NCBI GenBank assembly: GCA_951406725.2
Contig: OX597816.1
Coordinates: 72,540,001-72,604,000 of the forward strand
Source of the DNA: Octopus vulgaris
Taxonomy: Eukaryota
Reading direction: 5' to 3'
Length of the DNA: 64,000 bases
Part shown: in pieces, positions 54,845-64,000 of the stretch
How the letters are laid out: each line of letters begins with the position of its first letter
Position numbering within the stretch: position 1 is the first letter of the stretch
The notes under the pieces: model-generated
Told to the model about the DNA's origin: nothing
Seen by the model: the letters and a program-made list of their open reading frames with translations, nothing else
Database searches by the model: none
Position numbers and translations under genes: made by a program

Positions 54845-55455
54845 GTATGTATATAGATGCATATATATATGTATACATACATATATATATATGTGTGTGT
54901 ATTTCAACATATACATACATACGTATGTATGTATGTATGTATGTATGAATGTATATATATATATATAGGTAGTGAGATTTCTAAAAAAACTCGCCGCCCT
55001 ATATATTTTACGTAGATTTTAGCATTTTTAGAAGATTAGTTGGGCATTTTTTCATTTGCTGCCGACTGAAACTGCGCCTGCGCGGTGAACTTGGAAAATT
55101 ATAATATATAATGATGAGACACCTGTTATTTGTCTCTACATCATACGTTAATGTGCGGTCATTGATGAGAATTTCACCTAGCAAATTATTTTAATTGCTA
55201 AATAAAATTCAAAACCTAGGTATGGCCGTAAAAACATAACAAGGTAAAAGTTTTTAATTTTCATTCCCTTCGAAATTGCCCTTAAATGTGGTTTTGGTCG
55301 TTTTGACTGCTTCTTCTAGCGTGTAAAGTTGCCTGTTAAAAGTAGTTTCTCTTGTGTGTAAATGTACACTATTTTACATTGAGAATATGTTGTCTATTGA
55401 CTTTTTTATACATGCTCAGCCACTTGTAGTGAAATTTCTAAAAGACTCGCTACCC
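54778..55455. mobile_element. MITE with ~31-bp TIRs and TA flanks
   Basis: GGGTAGCGATTTTTGTTAGAAATTTCACTAC (54778-54808) is inverted at 55426-55455 and also at 54969-54999. Confidence 0.7.
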
Positions 55456-55544
<89 letters not shown>

Positions 55545-56198
55545 TATTTTATGTAGAAAAATACAAACTGGGACAAGAACGTAAAACATTTAGAAGACGA
55601 TACAAAAAACACGGACGGGACATTCGAAGCCTTCAATCTTCAGTCAAGAACCGAATCATCGTAGCCATTTCGGCTTATTAATCTTGAGATCGCTCCAATC
55701 CGGCCAGCCCCAAGGAAAAACTAATCTACGAGCATTAGATTTCTTGGAAGAAGGATCGAATGTACATATATATATATTGTCCTGTCGTTTACTGTTTTTA
55801 TTTGTATTTGTATTTTTACTGTCTTGTATTGTTTTTACTGTCCTGTTTTTGTTACCACTTTTACCCCTCCGCAAAAAATCTCAAATTATTTGCGGGAAGG
55901 ACTGTTTCATCGAAGTCGTGTCTCGCCTTTACCTTCGAAACGCGGAGTAGACAAAACAGAGGCGGCTGAAGAAGGGGAATTTTCCTTGTGTCGTATGTCT
56001 TGTACCCTGTTTTTTTCGTTGTTTAAAAAAATGTCCGTTTCCAAGGTTCTATTTTTATGCTTTCGTTTCTCATTGTGTTCGACGTTTTTTGGTGTCCTGT
56101 ACCTATATATGCATGTATATATACATATAGATGTAGGTACGTACATATATGTATGTATACATGCATATTTTTTATTTATTATTTTGTTATACATACAT

Positions 56199-56229
<31 letters not shown>

Positions 56230-56887
56230 TATAATTCTAATGATGGATATCGAAGAAGATGAAGATATAAACAGTCACATGTAACTATTAACTATTGGTT
56301 GAAGAAAAGCTTGGGATAGAAAAAGGTGAAGGCTGCCCATGAGACTCAATCATATATGGCCAGCAACTATGACAGATGCCCTTCTATTGGACTAAAGCAA
56401 TGCTTTTGACTTTGCTAGTCATGTTAGAAGCTTTATTCTCACCAACAGGAATTGTGTGTTGTTCACGTTACACGGATTTAGAAACTTCGAGAGACAAACA
56501 AATTTTTAAAGGCGGAACTCAGAGTATATAAAAATATAATACCCTTTCAATTTTAAAAAAAAAAGGCGAAGCCTGCCCGAGAAACTCCTATTCACGTTTG
56601 TAAACATGATCGACGCTCTACTACTGGACCAAAGCTATCATGTTTATGGAAGATATGGGTTCGAGTCGTATTTTAGAAAAAGTCCAAGGATTTATTTTTT
56701 CAAAATCGAATGTTTGTACGCTATCATTCATAGCTTTATGTACGTCGAGCCTAACTGTTAAAAGGTATTTGTTTATCTCACGAATTGGTATCTCAAAAAT
56801 TGGTATGGCGTAAATATTATGTGTGTGTGTGTGTGTGTGTGCGTATGTATGTATGTATGTATGTATGTATGTATGTATGTATGTATG

Positions 56888-56918
<31 letters not shown>

Positions 56919-56985
56919 TCGTTTATATACATATGCACGTATATATATGTGTGTGTGTGTGCTCGCGCGCGTGTATATATATCTG

Positions 56986-57024
<39 letters not shown>

Positions 57025-59436
57025 ATGTATGTATATACATACATATATACACACACGCATAACTATATATGTATATGATATACACATATGATATATATAT
57101 ATATTCATTTATTTATATGGTAATTTCAATGGAACCTTTAAGATTAGCATAACGTTATTAGTTCAAATTTCAGCGAGATTGAATTATATATTTCATCTTT
57201 CCTGGGCGGTCGGGTGTGTTTGTCAAGTACTTAGCAGTCAGTATTAAAAAAAAGAAGGAGGAGTTTGTTTTATTTGACTATCTCCTCCTCTGACACTTGT
57301 GGCATTATTTTCAATGTTTTCTGGCAATGTTATTAATAAACAGAGAGCAGTGGATGACTAGTTGAATCGATGGAAGGTCGGATTTAATGTGCCACAGTGT
57401 TTCGTTATGTTTGTTTATGGTCTGAGTTCAAATCACACAGAGGTTAACTTTCGCTTTCATCCTATCGTTGGGTCGATAAAATAAGTACCAATGAAATATT
57501 TAAATCGACTCTACTCCTCCCCGCGTCTTCGAAATATGTGACATTGTGCTTCTTCTAGAAATCCTTATTACTTGTATAAAAGAATAAAAAAGGAAAAAAA
57601 AAAGGAGTAAATAACACACATACAACTGACCCAACCCTCATCAATCTGCACCCCCCACACACAGATACTACCCCACCCCCCGCACGCCCAAACCAACTTT
57701 GAAATAACTAGGGTAAAGGAAAATGAAAGTGAAAATAAAAGCTGGAAGTTATTGAGACAATTAAAAGAATTTAATATCTGAACTAACTTTGTTCTGTAGT
57801 GCGTGAGTGGTTATTATCTGCAGTCTGGTGAGCTACAGGTCTCGACGGATCAATTTGCTTCTCGGCTAAACCTGATCTTTATCAATTAGGTGTAGCAGCA
57901 GGAGCAGCAGTAGTAGCAGCGGTGGAGGTAGAAGTGGTAGTCGTCGTAGCAGTAGTGGTAACCTGCAACAGCAACAGCAGCAACATCAGCAACAATCACA
58001 GCAGCAAGGGCAGAAGCAAGGGCAACAACAGTATTAGAAACAGCAATCGCACCAACAGGCAAAAAAGAAAACACTCACATACATTCAAACACGTATACTT
58101 GCACATACGTGGACACATACACACACACACATCACACAAAATTATACACTCGAAAGCGCACACGAGCTTACATACACTCACACACACGTATATACATTCA
58201 TAACTGCGCGTGCACACATACATATACGCATACACTCGTGCACAAGGTACACACTCACAATCGTACGTACCATGTTGCGTGTACGCAACATACATACACA
58301 GATACGTACTCGTACATACGTACATACATACATATACGCACAAAAGTGTGTATACATATATGCATGCATATATGTATATACGCACCAAAGCGTGTATACA
58401 TATATGCATGCATATAGACATAGTCGCATATACAGACACACAAACATATTCGTACGCTTTCCACATGCACACATGCATATATATATATATATATGCATAA
58501 ACATATACATACGCACCAATACGCAAACACATAAAACACGCAAATTGCAGATTAACAAAAAACAAACGCAAAATACTCAACGAGCCAAGCAAATCCATCA
58601 ATAAACAAACAAATGAATAAATAAATAAATTAGAAAAAAATTTATTTAAAATGAACATAAAAAGAGCCCGAAACATTATTGAAAATGGCTTCCATGCTTT
58701 CTTTATTATCGATATGATACCGATGCTTAATAATGTGGTATTATAAAGATGATTATTATAATAATAACTACCATAATAATGGTTTCTTTTTTCTTATGCA
58801 GGACCAAAATAAATAAAAGAAAAAAATTACAAGAAAAAAAAACAATACAGACATTCATAAGCGAACTCAAAACCAGCACCACCACCACAACAATTACCAT
58901 CATCAGAAAATATTGTCATTTCTGTTGTCGATGGTATTGTTGTTCTTGTTGTTGTTGTTTGTTAATGATGTGGTTATTGAAGTTGTCTCATTTACTCTTT
59001 GTTCTTTACATTTATTTTGCGCATTTTTATTGTTTTGTTTTGTCTTGTTATTTATTTAAATTATTATTATCATATTTTCTTGATTATTAAAACTTCGCGT
59101 CAGGATGTCGCCTCCCATCCAAAAAGTTCTCCACTTCTAAATCAGAAAAGACAATTTTTAAAATAAAAAAAAACAAATTATACATTAATGATTTAATTAA
59201 CTTATTTATTTTATGCAAACATCGCTAGAGAGCCGAACAAAACGACGCGTTATTTGTATTTATTTAGGTTGCCTTGCAAAAACGCCCGGCGATAGAGAGT
59301 TCTTGTTCCAGCTCTTCGCGTTCTGAGTTCAAATCGTACAGAGGGTCAACTTTATTTTACATCTTTCTGGGGTAAATGTAATGGACTTGGCCTACGCCCG
59401 CTAAAATTGTTTGTCAGCTAAAATCTGATATCATTA

Positions 59437-60215
59437 GCTGGCAGAATTGTTAGCGCGCATGGCGAAATACTTAGCGGTATTTCACCCATCGCCACGTTCT
59501 GAGCTCAAAATCTGCCGATGTCGACTTTGCCTTACATCTTTTCGGGGTCAATTAAATGAGTACCAGTTACGCACTGGGGTCGATGTAATCAACTTAATCC
59601 CATGCCCCAAATTTCAGGCCTTGTGCCTACAGTAGAAAGGATTGCTAGTTAAGGCGGCGAGCTGGCAGAATCGTTAGCACGCCGGGCGAAATGCGTAGCC
59701 GTATTTCGTCTGCCGTTATGTTCTGAGTTCAAATTCCGCCGAGGTCGACTTTGCTTTTCATCCTTTCGGAGTCGATAAATTATGTACAAGTTACGCACTG
59801 GGGTCGATATAATCGACTTAATCCGTGTGTCTGTCCTTGTTTGTCTCCTCTGTGTTTAGCCCCTTGTGGGTAGTAAAGAAATAAGTATTTCGCCCGTCGC
59901 TACGTTCTGAGTTCAAATTCCACCTCAGTCGACTTTGCCTTTCATCCTTTCGGGGTTGATAAAATAAGTACTAGTTAAACATTGTGAGTCGATGTAATCG
60001 AATAATGCATCCTACTAAAAACTGCTGGCCTGGTACCAAAAATTGAAACCATAAAGGGGTGAGCGAGCAGAATCAGTTGAGTGTCTGACTTTTCACATTC
60101 TGAGTTCAGATTCCACTGAGGTCCACCTTGCTTTTCATCCTTTCGGAGTCGATAAAGTAAAGTCGATAAAGTAAAGTAATCTGTACCCTCCTCATAAAAT
60201 TGCCAACCTTGTGCC
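59437..60215 (+). mobile_element. Array of SINE family A copies
   Basis: Copies at 59437-59642, 59653-59883, 59885-60050 and 60060-60215. Confidence 0.9.
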
Positions 60216-60699
60216 AATATCTGCTACAATTATTATTTTGGGACTTAAGAGCAATGCATGACAGAATCATTATTACCACAAACAAAATACCGTGTTGTTT
60301 TAGAGACGCATTTCACATTCTTAGTTCAAAAGTCACTGGCATTGACCTTGTAATTCACCCTTGTTACATCGTAATGAATGTTCTTATGAATTTGAGACCT
60401 TATTTATGCTCCAGGTTTTGATGGAATGGATCCGCTTATTTCACACCTTATTCATTCTTCTGAAGCTGATTAAAAAGATTTACAAATAATTTGAAACATT
60501 ATTCATCATAATGGCACCGGTTAAAGTCCTTACAAACCTGGAATGGTATCTATTCTTCTAGTACCGAATAAATTAAATTACAAATCTAAAAGTTTATGCC
60601 ATGAATTTTCTACCGCAGAAAGACAACTTGCATGCACATATCTTAAAACTTAAAAGAAAAATGATTGCCCTAAACCTAAGTTAGACTTCCACCACAAGT

Positions 60700-60910
60700 T
60701 CCCATTCTTGTTGTGGAATGGTGGCTTGTATGCCTCAATGACCCTAAAAACAATTATAGTGAAAGTGCGAGCTCCTGGTAGGGCTTCCCATGTTGAACAA
60801 TTCAAAAAATAGGGGTCAGACTAATAAGGACCTCCTCTTCCCAGAAGTAAAAATGGGTTTGCGTAGGGCCAACATCCCGACATAGAAGAATGTGAAGCTA
60901 CAGAAATATT
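60700..60910 (+). mobile_element. Probable RTE-clade LINE 5' UTR remnant
   Basis: TTGTTGTGG..TGGCTTGTATGCCTCAATGACCCT..GCTCCTGGTAGGGCTTCCCATG..GGGGTCAGAC..GCGTAGGGCCAACA resembles RTE/Expander 5' ends as recalled; not verified. Confidence 0.5.
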
Positions 60911-61774
60911 GAATATAATTGAAAACCAACAAGATCTGAGAGAGGGAAGCCTTCCCTCGGGGAAACGTGCAGCGGGGTACTGAAGCAAAGCTGAAAGAGT
61001 AGACATCCAACTTGAAAAAGCAGAGAAGACCGTCAGAGTCGAAAATAGGGAGCGAAGGATTTAAGTAAGCAAGGGGGTGGGATTAGCCTTGTTATATTCA
61101 TTCTTATATTTTAAGAAAGAAAACACAAGTTATTTTTCTTTTGTAAATCTTTCTCTTTTAGAGAAATAAATTTTACAAGGTAGAAGACTCAGTAAAGATA
61201 TTGAAGAACAAACACACGCGCACGCGGGGGCACACACACACACAAAGACTGTTATACTTACATTTCAAGTATTTCGTTATTGTGATAAGAAGTAAACTAC
61301 GAGTAAACGTAACAGTTTCTGTGTGTTTTTAAATAGCTAAGACGACTCCTCTAATGGTGTAATTGTTTCAGTTTCAATAAAATTCAGATCAAGTAACTCG
61401 CCAAACAAGTAACAATTGCAAAATAAGCCGTTTTGTATATTGTGCTTTGCTTTCAGAGCAGAAATTATTTTCAACATCTTTACTCTGGTTAAAAGGGGAG
61501 ATAATTTCGATAATAATGATTTTAAATTTTTACGCAAGGCAAGAAATTTTGGGATAGGGTTTAACTCGATTAAATCGAACCCTCAGTGCTCAGGTGGTAC
61601 TTATTTTACCGATGCCGAAAGGATAAAAAGATAACGCCGAAAGCCAAATTGCTCCTTCGTCAGAAGAGGGGGAAAATACAAAATCTTTGGTCGGTAATAA
61701 TAATAAACATATTTTCCAAACATGTAATGTCTGTAACATTAGCATCTACGCAGTCGACAACACTAAATGAACAC

Positions 61775-62346
61775 TCCTTTCACAAGGCCTGGAATTTGAG
61801 GGGAAGGGAATAGACGATCACGTCAACTCCAGTACTTGTCTGATACTTAATTTATCGACATCCGAAAGGATGAAAGGCAAAGTCAACCTCGGCGGGATTT
61901 GAACTCGGAACGCAGCGACGGGTGAAATACCTATTTCTTTACTACCCACAAGGGGCTAAGCACAGAGGGGACAAACAAGGACAGACAAACGGATTAAGTC
62001 GATTACATCGACCCCAGTGCGTGACTAGTACTTAATTTATCGACCCCGAAAAGACGAAAGGCAAAGTCAACCTCGGCGGAATTTGAACTTAGAACGTAAC
62101 GGCAGACGAAATACTTATTTCTTTACTACCCACAAGGGGCTAAACACAGAGGGAACAAACAAGGACAGACAAACGGATTAAGTCGATTACATCGACCCCA
62201 GTGCGTAACTAGTACTTAATTTATCGACCCCGAAAGGATGAAAGGCAAAGTCGACCTCGGCGGAATTTGAACTCAGAACATAACGGCAGACGAAATACGG
62301 CTACGCATTTCGCCCGGCGTGCTAACGTTTCTGCCAGCTTGCCGCC
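61775..62346 (-). mobile_element. SINE family A tandem trimer (184-bp period)
   Basis: Junctions at 61932 and 62116; one head at 62295-62346. Confidence 0.9.
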
Positions 62347-63139
62347 TTATATAACAAGTGATATTACGGAGTATATTAGTTGCTTAACCACTCCACTGGA
62401 AGCGGTCTGGACTATAGTTGTTAGTTTGAAGCTCTAAACTAACAGTGGCATTCGTACATAGAAGATATGTACATAGAATGCCACTGTACATAGAAGATAT
62501 ACTGTAACTGTATGTATACTGATGTGCGAGCGCTTGTGTGTGTATGTATATATGTATGCGTGTGTGTCTGCGTTTGTAATTTGATAGCTTCTATGAGCAA
62601 TAAATTCTCAAGCTGGCTTGCATCTAGTAAAACTTAAAAAGCAAATATGTCAAACTTAAGCTTGCTATTTATTGCGGCATTACCTGACTGACGAAATTTC
62701 CAGAAACCTGTGTCCGCGTTGACTAAATTTCAGATAATTTGTACTCTGTTAATCAAAATATCCACTGCTCATTTTGATGTACAATAAAGAGGAGTGAGCA
62801 TCTTAATCTAGCTTTAATCAGTAACTGCACACTTGCAATGACAATCACAGAACACTGCCAAAGCGATCCAATAAAATACGTCCAGTCACTTACTCGTTCA
62901 ATAACTCCCACATACACCCGTCCACACACACATACACATATATGCACACATACACACACATACATACATATTCACAAAAATAGACACATATATATGGGCA
63001 TGCATATATGACCAATGAGCCAGAATTTTCGGTTTCACATTAAATTTTTCATTTCCCAGCAAAAGGAGAAAAGGCCCACGCCAAACTCGTCTAAGAGCAC
63101 GCAGCAAAGTAAAAACGAAAACGAAAGCAAATAATTTCA

Positions 63140-64000
<861 letters not shown>

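Noticed and set aside
55560-56100. Penelope-like termini with CTGAAGA on both strands
   Set aside because: Probably repeat-derived, but I could not assemble complete hammerhead folds or assign a family.
56325-56645. Two diverged ~75-bp direct repeats (GAAG.CTGCCC...TGGAC.AAAGC)
   Set aside because: Similarity is too low to interpret; possibly old SINE heads.
61775-62346. CRISPR-like regularly spaced repeats
   Set aside because: Units are 184-bp SINE bodies without unique spacers, in a eukaryotic context with no cas genes.

Overview
AT-rich eukaryotic genomic DNA that looks intergenic or intronic. It is saturated with microsatellites and transposon debris, and no host protein-coding gene can be supported; nearly all listed ORFs are microsatellite translations. 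From memory, the SINE families and repeat texture resemble Octopus (cephalopod) genomes; this is an inference. Recognisable content: four tRNA-headed SINE families (labelled A-D here); remnants of CR1-type, RTE-type and R4/Dong-type (restriction-like endonuclease) non-LTR retrotransposons; three Tc1/mariner relics; several MITEs; a non-autonomous Helitron; and a 3.4 kb near-identical duplication across a 100-N gap, probably uncollapsed haplotypes. The most notable signal is at least seven type I hammerhead-ribozyme folds, plus one decayed mirror copy, in short microsatellite-flanked and often inverted-repeat units resembling Penelope-like pseudo-LTRs or retrozymes. Three of them and the mirror copy cluster at 41.2-43.3 kb. 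Other observations include a likely SINE/LINE 3'-tail partnership, a SINE carrying an expandable internal microsatellite, 184-bp SINE tandem arrays, and several templated-repair scars. All motifs were read by eye, and repeat boundaries are approximate.
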